Part shown: one piece after another, positions 29,098 through 39,433 of the stretch
Position numbering within the stretch: position 1 is the stretch's first letter
Layout: the number at the start of each line of letters is the position of its first letter
From: Thermoleophilia bacterium
GTDB lineage: Bacteria; Actinomycetota; Thermoleophilia; UBA2241
Direction of reading: 5' to 3'
DNA length: 64,000 bases
Assembly: GCA_041393415.1 (NCBI GenBank)
Contig: JAWKKE010000009.1
Location: 2,571 to 66,570 of the forward strand
Translations under genes and position numbers: made by a program
Notes under the pieces: model-generated
What the model was told of the DNA's origin: nothing
What the model saw: the letters and a program-made list of their open reading frames with translations, nothing else
Databases searched by the model: none

Positions 29098-29301
29098 CAG
29101 TCTACCCCGTGACGCCATCCGTGAACAGACAGTCGCGGCGCCGTCGACCGAGTCCAAGGCATGCCCAAGGTCGCGTGAGCGACATACGTCGTCCACGTGA
29201 ATCATGTTTGGCAGCAGAAGTGACGATACCCGCGCAGGAGACGGCACACCACGGGAGAAGCTCACACCGCGTGTCCGTGGTTGCGGAGAAGTACGCTCGC
29301 G

Positions 29302-29318
29302 ACCATACTGCGAATGGT
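29302..29318. promoter_or_regulatory. Candidate TetR operator upstream of the MMPL-tetR operon
   Basis: ACCATactgcgaATGGT is a 5-bp inverted repeat with a 7-nt spacer. It lies 31 nt upstream of the MMPL ATG. Confidence 0.25.
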
Positions 29319-29348
29319 ATTTGCAATCACGAGGATGATTCGCGCTTG

Positions 29349-32300
29349 ATGAAACGCCCGGGATTCACTCAGCGGCTCGCCATGGCTTGCGCCCACCGGC
29401 CTTGGCTGACGATCGCCGTATGGGTCGTCCTGCTCGTCGCCTGCGGCACCGTCTACCTACTGTACGGCGATGTCTTCACCTCCTCGGTGAAGTTCCTCAA
29501 CAACCCCGATTCCAAAGTCGCCGCCGACCTCGTCCGCGAGCACGGCGGCGAGCAGATGGCCATTGCCCAGGCGAGTGATGCCATCGGAGAACTCGCCGAT
29601 GGCATCACCAAAGCCAACAACGGCGCGGGCAAGCTGGCCGACGGATCGAAGCAGCTGGCCACCGGCACCAAGAAGCTCGAGAAGGGCCTCGACAAGCTCG
29701 CCGGCGGAGCCGGGGAACTGAGCAGCGGCCAAGCGCAGGCCAGCTCGGGGGCCGGCGCGCTCAGCGCCGGTCTCCAGGACGCTTCGACGGGCGCCGACAG
29801 CCTCAGCTCCGGGCTCGGGCAAGTAAGCGGCGCCACCGGCACGATGAGCTCCGGACTGGCGCAACTGGCAAGCGGCGGCGAAACCCTCGCCGCGGGCGCA
29901 GACGATGTCGCCAGCGGCGCCAGCAGCGTCGCCGATGGCGCCGACAAGATGGCCGCCGGCGTGAAGGACTCAGCGGCGGCGGCCGGACAGGTTGCCGGCG
30001 GAGCGGACGCCCTCTCCGGCCTCATCAACTCATACCTGCAGGCGCACCCCGAGGCCGCGGACGATCCGGTCTTCCAGCAGATCATCGCGACATCGGGACA
30101 AGTCGCCAACGGAGCCGCAGGGCTCGCTGCCGGCCTCGACCAGCTCAGCGGCGGCGCCGCATCTCTCGCTTCGGGAGCGCAAGCGCTCTCCACGGGTGCG
30201 TCAAAGCTCGCTACAGGCGCCCACAGTCTGAGTTCCGGTCTCGACAAGAGCGCCGGCGGCGCGCAGCAACTCGATCAGAGTCTCGGAAAGCTGGCCTCCG
30301 GCAGCTCCCAGCTGGCCAGCGGCGTCAGCAGCGCCGCCCAAGGCTCACAACAACTGGCAGGGGGAGCGCAAGAACTCGCGGCCGGCTCCGCGGAACTCGC
30401 CTCGGGAACACGCAGCGCGGCGGACGGCGCCGGTCAAGTAGCCAAGGGCTCCAAAGAGCTCAGCACCGGAGCCAACGCGCTCAATACCGGCCTCACGTCG
30501 GTGTCAGACGGCGCCAACCAGTTGAATGATGCCCTGTCGTCGATGGGCTCCCTCAACGACCACGACAAAGAGGTCGTCGTCATCCACCACGACACGCTCA
30601 CGACCGACGACCCGCTCTATAAGGCCAAGGTCGTCGAGGTGCGCGACGCCATCGCGGCGTTACCCGAAGAAGACGTCGTCAGTGTCATGAGCGCCTACGA
30701 TAAGGGGCTCCAGAAGGAGGCCCGCAAGGCGCTCATCTCCGACGACAAACACACCACGTTGATGATGGTTGAGCTCGCCAGCTCCTCCGACGAAGCCGCC
30801 AACCACGTCACCGGCGTGTACGACATCGTCACCGATGCCGACCGGCAGAACGGGTTTCGAGTCGCGCTCACCGGCGCAGCCGCTTTCGGACACGACGCGC
30901 AAGCGCTCGCCGAGCAGGACCTGCGCCGCGGCGAGGCCGTCGGGGTCCCGATCGCCCTCATCATCCTCGTAGCCGTCTTCGGCGCCATGGTCGCCGCCGG
31001 ACTGCCCCTCATCCTCAGCGTCTTCGCCATCGTCATCGGCCTCACCATAGCAACCGGCGTCGGTTACATCACCGACATCTCGGTCTTCGCGCTCAACATC
31101 CTCACGGCCGTCGCGCTCGCAGTGGGCATCGACTACAGCCTCTTCATCGTCTCGCGCTACCGCGAAGAGGTACGTCACGGCCACGATCGCCGTGAGGCAC
31201 TGGCCATCGCCGCCGCAACGGCCTCGAACGCGGTCTTCTTCAGCGGCATGACTGTGGTGCTCGCTCTGGGGGGCCTCTTCATCGTGCCGCTCTCTATCTT
31301 CACCAGCCTCGGCGTCGGTGCCATGAGTGCCGTGCTCGTCGCCGTCGCCGCGGCGCTCACGCTTCTGCCGGCCATCCTCACCCTGCTCGGCAGCAAAGTC
31401 GACGCCCTGCCCGTTCCGTACCTCAGCCGCTACACCAGCCACGAACACGGCGGACTGTGGGGCAAGGCCGCCCGATTCACCATGCGGCGGCCCGCAATCA
31501 GCCTCGCTCTCGGCACCATCGTGCTGCTCGCCATCGCCGCGCCGGCCTTGATGATGAAGAGCGGCGGCTTCAGCGCCTCCACCTTCCCCGACGACTTCAC
31601 CTCGAAGCAGGGCCTCGAGATCCTCAAGCAGTCCTTCCCGGCGGGGTTCAGCGAACCGGTCGATGTGGTCGTCAGCGGCGACCTCTCAGACGAGACAGTC
31701 ACCAACGCGCTTCAGGACTTCATCGACACGATCGACGAAGACGAGCGCTTCACGCTGACCGGCGTCGCGACCAGCGCGGACGGCCAAGTGGCCGCAATCA
31801 CGCTCGTGCAGGACGCCGAAGGGATGAGCGATCAGGCCAGGGCCGCGGTACTCGACTTGCGTGAGCGCATCATCCCCGCGGCCTTCGACGGCACGCCGGC
31901 GGTTGCCTACGTCGGCGGCGTGACGGCGCACGACATCGACAGCGTCAATATCATCGACGGCAACCTGCCGATCGTCATCGGCGTCGTCCTGACTCTGAGC
32001 CTCATTCTTCTGTTGCTCGCTTTCCGCTCGGTGCTCGTCGCGGTGACGGCGATCATCATGAACCTCCTCTCCGTTGCCGCCGCCTACGGCGCCCTCACGC
32101 TGCTCTTCCAGGAGGGCCTCGGCGCCCAACTGTTCGGCCTCGGCGACGTGAAGGTCATCGAGTCGTGGGTGCCGCTGGTGATGTTCTGCATCCTCTTCGG
32201 GCTCAGCATGGACTATCAAGTCTTCCTCCTGAGCCGCATTCGCGAGCGCTGGATGCAGACAGGCGACAGCTACGGCTCAGTCATCTTCGGCGTGCAATCC

Positions 32301-32603
32301 ACCGCCGGTATCATCACCGGCGCGGCGCTCATCATGATGGCCGTCTTCGTGGGTATGGGCAGCGGCCAGCTCATCATCCTGCAGGAGTTCGGCGTCGGTC
32401 TCGCGATCGCGGTCTTCCTGGACGCGTTCGTCGTGCGTGTCATCGTCGCACCGTCGATGATCTCGCTGCTCGGTCATCACTACTGGCACACGCCACGCTG
32501 GCTCGAGTGGCTGCCGCGCATCGACATCGAAGCCGCACCGGAGAGCTCGGCGGAGGACACGCCCGCCATCCAGGTCGCCGCGACGAGCGAGAGCCCGGGA
32601 TGA
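29349..32603 (+). CDS. MMPL-family (RND-related) membrane transporter with large heptad-repeat insertion
   Basis: Real start is ATG 29349 (MKRPGFTQRLAMACAHRPWLTIAVWVVLLVA) inside ORF 28743..32603; the upstream part of that ORF overlaps rnpB. Two MMPL-type 5-6 TM bundles are present (GLPLILSVFAIVIGL..., DYSLFIVSRYREE; DYQVFLLSRIRE). Confidence 0.85.
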   Translation: MKRPGFTQRLAMACAHRPWLTIAVWVVLLVACGTVYLLYGDVFTSSVKFLNNPDSKVAADLVREHGGEQMAIAQASDAIGELADGITKANNGAGKLADGSKQLATGTKKLEKGLDKLAGGAGELSSGQAQASSGAGALSAGLQDASTGADSLSSGLGQVSGATGTMSSGLAQLASGGETLAAGADDVASGASSVADGADKMAAGVKDSAAAAGQVAGGADALSGLINSYLQAHPEAADDPVFQQIIATSGQVANGAAGLAAGLDQLSGGAASLASGAQALSTGASKLATGAHSLSSGLDKSAGGAQQLDQSLGKLASGSSQLASGVSSAAQGSQQLAGGAQELAAGSAELASGTRSAADGAGQVAKGSKELSTGANALNTGLTSVSDGANQLNDALSSMGSLNDHDKEVVVIHHDTLTTDDPLYKAKVVEVRDAIAALPEEDVVSVMSAYDKGLQKEARKALISDDKHTTLMMVELASSSDEAANHVTGVYDIVTDADRQNGFRVALTGAAAFGHDAQALAEQDLRRGEAVGVPIALIILVAVFGAMVAAGLPLILSVFAIVIGLTIATGVGYITDISVFALNILTAVALAVGIDYSLFIVSRYREEVRHGHDRREALAIAAATASNAVFFSGMTVVLALGGLFIVPLSIFTSLGVGAMSAVLVAVAAALTLLPAILTLLGSKVDALPVPYLSRYTSHEHGGLWGKAARFTMRRPAISLALGTIVLLAIAAPALMMKSGGFSASTFPDDFTSKQGLEILKQSFPAGFSEPVDVVVSGDLSDETVTNALQDFIDTIDEDERFTLTGVATSADGQVAAITLVQDAEGMSDQARAAVLDLRERIIPAAFDGTPAVAYVGGVTAHDIDSVNIIDGNLPIVIGVVLTLSLILLLLAFRSVLVAVTAIIMNLLSVAAAYGALTLLFQEGLGAQLFGLGDVKVIESWVPLVMFCILFGLSMDYQVFLLSRIRERWMQTGDSYGSVIFGVQSTAGIITGAALIMMAVFVGMGSGQLIILQEFGVGLAIAVFLDAFVVRVIVAPSMISLLGHHYWHTPRWLEWLPRIDIEAAPESSAEDTPAIQVAATSESPG
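29589..30550 (+). repeat. About 45 consecutive xLxxGxx heptads inside the first extracytoplasmic loop of the MMPL protein
   Basis: Example run: KLADGSK QLATGTK KLEKGLD KLAGGAG ELSSGQA ... through QLNDALS. This is the same repeat type as in YhgE/Pip-like proteins (recalled as the X-X-X-Leu-X-X-Gly heptad repeat family). Confidence 0.8.
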
Positions 32604-33250
32604 CCCAAGCGGGCACGGATGGCGCGGCCGGCGCCAGCGGGCGCCGCGCCAGAATCCACGCCCAAACCCGCGACGAGATCCTCGACGCCGCCGCAGAGCT
32701 GATCACGCGCCAAGGCATCGAGGCCTTCAGCCTCACCGACTTGGCGGCGCAAGCGGGCTTCGGCGGCGCCCCCTCTCTCTACCGCTATTTCACGAACAAG
32801 CAGGCGATCCTCGAGGCGCTCACCGAGCGAAGCCTGGAGCGCCTCGCCGTTCACCTGCGGCGGGTCCCCGAGACACTGCCCGCCGACGAGCAGATCGTCG
32901 AGCTCTGTCTCGCGTACCTCGACTACACGCGCATGCACCCCGGGGAGCGCACCCTACTCCTCACCACCGCCGCCAGCGTTGAGACGGAGTACCGCACCGC
33001 TCAACCTCCGGCCGAGCTTGTCGAGCGCGTGTTTCGTCTGCTACGCAGCGCGGTCGCCGACGGCATTCTGCGAGCGCATGACGAAGATGACGTGTTCGCA
33101 ATCATCCATGCCGGGTGGGCACTCGCCCACGGCATGGCCGAATACGACGCTGTCTATGCGGAGCGCGAGCGCGAGATGCTCCGCCGGCGCCATCGAGCGA
33201 TCTTCCGTGCCTGCGTCGCCGGCTTCAAGACAGACTGGACGGACGCGTAG
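32600..33250 (+). CDS. TetR/AcrR-family transcriptional regulator
   Basis: ATG 32600 overlaps the MMPL stop (ATGA). The sequence TRDEILDAAAELITRQGIEAFSLTDLAAQAGFGGAPSLYRYF is a TetR HTH. Confidence 0.85.
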   Translation: MTQAGTDGAAGASGRRARIHAQTRDEILDAAAELITRQGIEAFSLTDLAAQAGFGGAPSLYRYFTNKQAILEALTERSLERLAVHLRRVPETLPADEQIVELCLAYLDYTRMHPGERTLLLTTAASVETEYRTAQPPAELVERVFRLLRSAVADGILRAHDEDDVFAIIHAGWALAHGMAEYDAVYAEREREMLRRRHRAIFRACVAGFKTDWTDA

Positions 33251-33278
33251 CCGCCCCACCCGTCGCCGAGGCCGTGGC

Positions 33279-34028
33279 CTACAGCCGCAAGGCCGGATTG
33301 ACCTCGGCCGCGGCAGCCTCATCGAGAAGCCACAGCAGCTTGCCGTGAACCGGCGCGACCGCCTGCGCGGGGATCGCCCGCGGCACGCGCAGACCCTCCA
33401 GCACCTCGGCGACCATACCGGCCTTCTCGTCGCCGGCGACCAAGAACCAGACGTGGCGAGCGGCGTTGATCACCGGCAGTGTAACCGTCACGCGCGAGCC
33501 GCCCGACGGCGCCTCGGTGGCGACGGCCAGGTGCTCGTCGTCGTCCAGCACGTCACTGCGCGGAAAGAGCGAGGCAGTGTGGCCGTCTGCGCCGAGACCG
33601 AGCACGACCAGGTCGAAGACGGGCAGATCCACACGCGGGCGTTCGAGCGCCGCCAGGGCGGCGAGTTCGTCGGCGTAGCCGCTCGCCGCCACCTCAGGCG
33701 GCTCTTCGCCGTGCACGCGATGCACATTCACCGTCGGCACCGGCACGTGCTTGATGAATGTGTCTCTCGCCATGCCGTAGTTGCTCGCCGGATCGTCCAC
33801 CGGCACGCAGCGCTCGTCTACCCAGTAGAGATGCGTGCGGCGCCAGGGCACCTTCTGGCTGAACTGCTGTCTGGCGAGCATGCGGAAGAAGGCGCGCGGC
33901 GTGGCGCCGCCGCTCAGGGCGACGGCGAACCGGCCGCGCGCCGCAGCCGCCTCCTGTGCCGCCACGGCGAAGAGATCGGCGGCACGCAGAGCCAGTGTTT
34001 CGCCGTCCGGCAGGACCTCGATACTCAT
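33279..34028 (-). CDS. pgl: 6-phosphogluconolactonase
   Basis: Contains FAVALSGGATP, and the LGLGADGHTASLFP motif is typical of Pgl/DevB. Confidence 0.85.
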   Translation of the reverse strand: MSIEVLPDGETLALRAADLFAVAAQEAAAARGRFAVALSGGATPRAFFRMLARQQFSQKVPWRRTHLYWVDERCVPVDDPASNYGMARDTFIKHVPVPTVNVHRVHGEEPPEVAASGYADELAALAALERPRVDLPVFDLVVLGLGADGHTASLFPRSDVLDDDEHLAVATEAPSGGSRVTVTLPVINAARHVWFLVAGDEKAGMVAEVLEGLRVPRAIPAQAVAPVHGKLLWLLDEAAAAEVNPALRL

Positions 34029-34079
34029 GAGTCGCTCCTCAACCTCTACGTTCGCCGGTAGCGCGACGCCGGCGCACTT

Positions 34080-35663
34080 CTAGCTGCGCACCGCGTCTGG
34101 GCGCCGCCACTTGCGGCCGTCGGCGGCCAAGAGCGCATCCGCCGCCTCAGGCCCCCAGCTCCCCGCCTCGTACATCGGGATCGGCGTCTTCGGCCGCTCG
34201 CCCCAGGCCCGGAGCACCGGCTCGACGACCTCCCAGGCCTCCTCGGCCTGGTCGGCGCGCGTGAAGAGCGTCATGTCGCCCTCCATGACGTCGATCAGTA
34301 CCGTCTCGTATGCCCGGAAGGGCAGCTCGTACAACGTGCCGCCGTAGGAGTAGTTCATCGCCACCGGCTGCAGTTCCATTCCGTGGCCGGGAAGCTTGGA
34401 CTCGATGTGCAGCGAGAAACCTTCGTCCGGCTGCACACGCAACACGAGCACGTTGGGCTCGAGACCCTCGGCGGCCCCCGCATCCTGGAAGATCGTCACC
34501 GGGGGCCGCTTGAACTGGATCGCGATCTCGGTAAGACGCGCCGCCATACGCTTGCCGGTGCGCAGGTAGAAGGGCACCCCCTGCCAGCGCCAGTTGTCGA
34601 CCATCAGCTTGAGCGCCGCGTAGGTCTCCGTGTACGAGTCCGGCGGGATGCGGTGCTCGGCGCGGTAAGCGACGGCGACTTCACCGCCGATGGTCCCGTG
34701 CGCGTACTGGCCGCGCACAGCCCACTCGGCCACGGCGTCGTCGGGAATGCGGCGCACCGAACGCAGTACCTTGAGCTTCTCGTCGCGAACGGCGTCGGCG
34801 TCGAAGGCGACCGGCGGCTCCATCGCAACCAGCGTGAAGAGTTGCATGAGGTGCGGCGTCAGCATGTCGCGCAGGGCGCCGGCCTGCTCGTAGTAGGGGC
34901 CGCGCTCCTCAATCCCAAGCGTCTCGCACGCGGTGATCTGCACCTGATCGACGAAGCGCCGGTTCCAGATGGGCTCGAAGATGCCGTTGGCGAAGCGCAG
35001 CACGAGGAGGTTCTGCACCGTCTCCTTGGCCAGGTAGTGATCGATGCGGTAGATCTGCTGTTCGCTGAACGACTCGTTGATGGCGCGATCGAGCTCGATC
35101 GCGCTCTCCAGGTCCGTGCCGAACGGCTTCTCAACGACGATCCGCGTCCAGCCGGCGACCGGTTCCCCGAGGGCGTGATCTCCATCGCTGGCGCCGCGCC
35201 GCGAGAGTCCCGCGGCGCCGAGTTGCCGCACGATCACACCGAACTGGTCGGGCGGCGTGGCCAGGTAGAAGAGCCGATTGCCGGCAGTGCCGGCCTCGCG
35301 ATCGAGCTCGCCAAGGAGCGCCGCCAGACGCCGATACCCCTCCGGATCGTCGAACTCGCCGTGCACCCAGCGCGGCGTCTCCAGCACGCTGTCGCACAGA
35401 CCGGTGTCGGCTTGCCGGCCGTAGTGGTCGTCGACCGCCTTGCGCAACAACGCCCGGAAGCCCTCGTCGTCGAGCTCCTTGCGCCCGTAGCCGACGATGG
35501 TGAGACCGCACGGCATCACGCCGTGACACTGAAGATCGTAGAGCGCCGGCATGAGCTTGCGATGGGTGAGATCGCCGGTCGCGCCGAAGATGACGAGGCT
35601 GCACGGATCAGGGTAGCGCGGCCCACCGAACGGCGAGGGCGTCTCCCGCGCCGAGGGTGTCAT
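34080..35663 (-). CDS. zwf: Glucose-6-phosphate 1-dehydrogenase
   Basis: Contains [14 protein letters not shown] (NADP site), RIDHYLAKE (active-site motif) and [12 protein letters not shown]. Confidence 0.9.
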   Translation of the reverse strand: MTPSARETPSPFGGPRYPDPCSLVIFGATGDLTHRKLMPALYDLQCHGVMPCGLTIVGYGRKELDDEGFRALLRKAVDDHYGRQADTGLCDSVLETPRWVHGEFDDPEGYRRLAALLGELDREAGTAGNRLFYLATPPDQFGVIVRQLGAAGLSRRGASDGDHALGEPVAGWTRIVVEKPFGTDLESAIELDRAINESFSEQQIYRIDHYLAKETVQNLLVLRFANGIFEPIWNRRFVDQVQITACETLGIEERGPYYEQAGALRDMLTPHLMQLFTLVAMEPPVAFDADAVRDEKLKVLRSVRRIPDDAVAEWAVRGQYAHGTIGGEVAVAYRAEHRIPPDSYTETYAALKLMVDNWRWQGVPFYLRTGKRMAARLTEIAIQFKRPPVTIFQDAGAAEGLEPNVLVLRVQPDEGFSLHIESKLPGHGMELQPVAMNYSYGGTLYELPFRAYETVLIDVMEGDMTLFTRADQAEEAWEVVEPVLRAWGERPKTPIPMYEAGSWGPEAADALLAADGRKWRRPDAVRS

Positions 35664-36565
35664 GACCCGGCCTCTTTGACGGCGTGGCCGCCGAACTCCT
35701 TGCGCAGCGCGGCCAGCACTTTGCCGCTAAACGTATCGTCCTGGCGCGAACGGAAGCGCATGAAGAGACTGGCGGCGATCGCCGGCATAGGCACGCTGTG
35801 AGCGATCGCCTGCTCAACCGTCCAGCGACCCTCGCCGGTGTCGTCGACGTAGCCGGTAATCGATTCGAGTCCCGGATCTCGAGCGAAAGCGCTCGCGGCA
35901 AGCTCCAGCAGCCATGAGCGCACCACGCTGCCGTTGTTCCAGAGGTCGGCAATCTTGGCCAGGTCGAGATCCCACTCGGTGGCTTCGAGCAGCTCGAACC
36001 CCTCGGCGTAGGCCTGCATAAGACCGTACTCAACCCCGTTATGGACCATCTTCACGAAGTGGCCGCTGCCGTGACCACCCATGTACTCGTAGCCGTGACC
36101 GGGTGGCGCCAGAGTGGCGAGCAGCGGCTCGATGTGGTCGTAGGCACTACGCTCGCCGCCGACCATCAGGCAGTAGCCGACCTCGAGACCCCAGACGCCC
36201 CCGCTGGTACCGGCGTCGAGGTAGCGGATGCCGTGTGGCGCCAGCGCGGCGCCGCGCTCGACGTCCAACTGGTAGGGCGAGTTGCCGCCGTCGACCAGAA
36301 TGTCGCCCGGCGCCAGTAGCGGCACGAGCGCGTCGATAACCTCCTGCGTGGGATCACCGTACGGCAGCATGAGCCAGATGACGCGCGGCGCCGCCAGGGC
36401 GGCCACCGCGTCGGTAAGCTCACGCACCGGTTCGGCGCCCTCGGACGCCAACGCCTCCGCCTTGGCGTACGTGCGGTTCCAGACGACGACGCGATGGCCG
36501 CCACGCAGCAAGCGGCGTGCCATGTTGGCGCCCATGCGCCCCAGGCCGAGCATCGCGATATCCAT
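35660..36565 (-). CDS. gnd: 6-phosphogluconate dehydrogenase (decarboxylating), short ~300-aa form
   Basis: Start is ATG 36565, after GAAGGAGGAAG (MDIAMLGLGRMGANMARRLL). The motifs GHFVKMVHNGVEYGLMQAYAEG are present. The upstream part of ORF 35660..36691 is an extension. Confidence 0.85.
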   Translation of the reverse strand: MDIAMLGLGRMGANMARRLLRGGHRVVVWNRTYAKAEALASEGAEPVRELTDAVAALAAPRVIWLMLPYGDPTQEVIDALVPLLAPGDILVDGGNSPYQLDVERGAALAPHGIRYLDAGTSGGVWGLEVGYCLMVGGERSAYDHIEPLLATLAPPGHGYEYMGGHGSGHFVKMVHNGVEYGLMQAYAEGFELLEATEWDLDLAKIADLWNNGSVVRSWLLELAASAFARDPGLESITGYVDDTGEGRWTVEQAIAHSVPMPAIAASLFMRFRSRQDDTFSGKVLAALRKEFGGHAVKEAGS

Positions 36566-36603
36566 GAGGCTTCCTCCTTCGCCGCGGAGCGCGCCTCGCC
36601 GCT

Positions 36604-38289
36604 CTACTCGGTGGCGGCGGCGATGAGGTCGGCGAGACGATCGAGACCGGCGGCCACGTCGTCTCCGAGACATACGCGCAGGGCGCGGCATTCGTGCGCC
36701 TGCAGGGCGGCGAGATCGCCGCGCGCCTGGGCGCGCTTGAGCACGCTGAAGCTGTACGGTTGATCAGGTATCTTCACGTCGCGTGGGTCATGTCCCACGA
36801 GCTGCAAGAAGTGGCCGCGGTTGGGCCCTCCCTTGTGATACTGACCGGTGGAGTGCAGGTAGCGCGGCCCGTACCCGAGCGTCGTCGCCACGCGCAGACG
36901 ATCGCGCAAGCGCAGGCGAGCGGACTGCAGCCGTTCCCAGATCGGGGCGGCCGGAGCTACATAGGCCTGCAGAGCGACGTAGTCGCCCGGCACCACCGCG
37001 GCGAAGAACTCGCGCAGCGCAGCCGGAAGCTCGTCGTCGCCCACGGGGAAGGCGCGCCGCGGACCGTCGCCGTCATCCGAGGCGGGCAGCTCCCCGTCGG
37101 CGGCATAGGCGCTCAGCAGTTTCGCCGTAACGTCCTTGCTCTCCTGAACATTCGGCTGGTCGAACGGATCGATACCGAGAACGAAGCCGGCGATGGCGGT
37201 GGCGAGCTCCCAGCGCAACATCTCGCCGGCGAGATCGTCCACCGCTGCCAATTCGTGCTCGAGCACGGGGTGCCCGGCGGCGGCGAGTTGCTCGAGGACT
37301 GCCGACGCGTACGGCACCCCGGCCACACGCACGACGCAGAAGACGCGGTCGGCAGCGTAGCTCTCGACGTCGTCCAGCGCCTCCAGATCGACGGGCAGGA
37401 TGCCCTTGCCCTCCTTGCCCGTGCTCTCGGCGACGAGTTGCTCGATCCAGACGCCGAGCGGCGCGAGCGGAGGAACGCAGACGAGCGTGAGCTTGTCGCG
37501 GCCGGCGGCGGCCAGCGCCCCCAGCGCCGCGCCCAATTGGAGCGCCGGGTTCTCGGCCGCCGGCACCTCAGCGGCGCAACTCCGGGCCATGGCCAAGGCA
37601 CCGTCGAGCAGACGCTCGAGATCGAGACCCAGCAGCGCCGCCGGCACAAGCCCAAAGAAGCTGAGGGCCGAGTAGCGGCCGCCGATGTCGCTCGCATTGA
37701 TGAACACGGCGCGGAAACCCTGCTCGACGGCGCGCCGCTCGAGGCTCGTGCCCTCATCAGTGATGGCGACGAAGTGCGCGCCCGCGTGATCGCCGCAGTG
37801 CTCCCTGAGGAGCGCGTAGAAGTAGTCGTGAAAACGCGCCGTCTCTGTGGTTCCGCCCGACTTGCTGGCGACAATGAAGAGCGTGCGATCGAGATCGATG
37901 GCGGCTTCGACCGCGTGCACCGCAGCCGGATCGGTGGAGTCGAGCACGTGCAGCTCGAGGCCATCGCCGCCGAGCACATCCCGGAAGACCTCGGGCGCTA
38001 GGCTGGAACCACCCATACCGAGCAGCACGGCGCTGCGAAAGCCCTCGGCGCGCACGTCGCCGACGAAGTCGCGCAGACCGTCGAGCTGCTCGCGCACGTC
38101 GTCGAAGACGGTGAGCCAACCGAGGGCGGCGGCGATGATCTCCTGATGTGCCGCCGCCTCCGGCTTCCAGAGCGACGTGTCGGCCGCCCACAGGCGCGCG
38201 ACGACGTCGTGTTCGTCGAGTCGACTCAGGCATGCCACGACTTCGGCACGCTGAGCCTCGGTGAGTCTCTGTCTGTCGAGATTAGGCAT
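36604..38289 (-). CDS. pgi: Glucose-6-phosphate isomerase (type found fused or adjacent to transaldolase)
   Basis: SIS-domain motifs are present (LGMGGSSLAPEV, IVASKSGGTTET, GGRYSALS). Confidence 0.8.
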   Translation of the reverse strand: MPNLDRQRLTEAQRAEVVACLSRLDEHDVVARLWAADTSLWKPEAAAHQEIIAAALGWLTVFDDVREQLDGLRDFVGDVRAEGFRSAVLLGMGGSSLAPEVFRDVLGGDGLELHVLDSTDPAAVHAVEAAIDLDRTLFIVASKSGGTTETARFHDYFYALLREHCGDHAGAHFVAITDEGTSLERRAVEQGFRAVFINASDIGGRYSALSFFGLVPAALLGLDLERLLDGALAMARSCAAEVPAAENPALQLGAALGALAAAGRDKLTLVCVPPLAPLGVWIEQLVAESTGKEGKGILPVDLEALDDVESYAADRVFCVVRVAGVPYASAVLEQLAAAGHPVLEHELAAVDDLAGEMLRWELATAIAGFVLGIDPFDQPNVQESKDVTAKLLSAYAADGELPASDDGDGPRRAFPVGDDELPAALREFFAAVVPGDYVALQAYVAPAAPIWERLQSARLRLRDRLRVATTLGYGPRYLHSTGQYHKGGPNRGHFLQLVGHDPRDVKIPDQPYSFSVLKRAQARGDLAALQAHECRALRVCLGDDVAAGLDRLADLIAAATE

Positions 38290-39433
38290 CGTCGCGCTCC
38301 AGCAGTTCGCGGCGCTTGGCGTCGATGATCGCGACTACACCGTCGAAGGACTTGACGAACAGATCGACGCCGTCGGCCTGCAGCCTGGCCCCGACGGCCT
38401 CAAGATCGATACCGAGCTGGCCCAAGTCGCGCAGCACACGATGGGCTTCGTCACCGTGCCGGTCGATCGTCGTTGCCAGCACACCGTGCTCACGGAAAGC
38501 CTTCCATGTCGCCTCCGGCAGCGTGTTGACGGTGTGCTCGCCGATGAGCTCGTCGACATAGAGCGTGTCCGGGTAGGCTGGATTCTTGGTGCTCGTGCTC
38601 GCCCAGAGCAGACGCTGAACCTTCGCGCCCGAGGCGGCGATGAGCTGCCAGTCGCGGCCGTTGAGGCCACTACGGAAACGCTCGTAGACGAACTTGCAGT
38701 TGGCCACGGCCGCCTTACCCTTGAGGCTCTGCAGACGCCGCCGCTCCGCCTCGTCGGCGGCGGCTGCGATGCGGTCGTCCAGCAGGGCGTCGACCATGGT
38801 ATCGACGCGTGAGACGAAGAAGCTCGCCACCGACGACGTCGCGCGCACCGTGCGATCGTGCTGCAGTCGGTACTCGAGCGCATCGCGATACGCACCCGCA
38901 ACCGCCTCGTACTGCGAGAGCGAGAAGAGCAGCGTGACGTTGATGTTGAGGCCGTCGCGCAGGCACTGATAGACGGCCGGGACGCATTCCTTAGTCCCGG
39001 GGATCTTGATCATCACGTTAGGCCGGTCCACGGCGGCGAAGACACGCTGTGCCTCGGCGACGGTCGCCTCGGCATCGTAGGCCAGATGGGGCGAGACCTC
39101 GATGGAGACGAAGCCGTCCTCGCCACCGCTGCTCATGTAGACCGGAGCGAGGATATCGCAGGCGGCACGCACGTCGGCCGTAGCCAGACGGTCGAAGATC
39201 TCGCTTGCGCTCAGCCCTTCGCGAGCGAGTTCGAGCACGTCCTTGTCGTAGGAACTGCCGGCGCCGATCGCCTTCTCGAAGATCGACGGATTGCTGGTGA
39301 CGCCGCCGAGGCCGTCCTTGTCGACCATCTTCTTGAGACCGCCACGCGAGACGAGCTCACGACTGATGTAGTCGAACCAGGGACTCTGGCCGAAGCGATG
39401 AAGCTGGGCGAGACGGCTCTCAGAGACGGGCAT
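38282..39433 (-). CDS. tal: Transaldolase
   Basis: Start is ATG 39433, after AAAGGAG. The sequence begins [25 protein letters not shown]. Also present are [19 protein letters not shown], and IKIPGT with the catalytic Lys. The upstream part of ORF 38282..39859 is an extension into tkt. Confidence 0.85.
   Translation of the reverse strand: MPVSESRLAQLHRFGQSPWFDYISRELVSRGGLKKMVDKDGLGGVTSNPSIFEKAIGAGSSYDKDVLELAREGLSASEIFDRLATADVRAACDILAPVYMSSGGEDGFVSIEVSPHLAYDAEATVAEAQRVFAAVDRPNVMIKIPGTKECVPAVYQCLRDGLNINVTLLFSLSQYEAVAGAYRDALEYRLQHDRTVRATSSVASFFVSRVDTMVDALLDDRIAAAADEAERRRLQSLKGKAAVANCKFVYERFRSGLNGRDWQLIAASGAKVQRLLWASTSTKNPAYPDTLYVDELIGEHTVNTLPEATWKAFREHGVLATTIDRHGDEAHRVLRDLGQLGIDLEAVGARLQADGVDLFVKSFDGVVAIIDAKRRELLERDDA

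Noticed and set aside
28743-29348. N-terminal 202 codons of the 1286-aa ORF.
   Set aside because: They overlap the RNase P RNA on the other strand and have a non-protein-like composition. The MMPL family N-terminus and first TM helix begin at ATG 29349.
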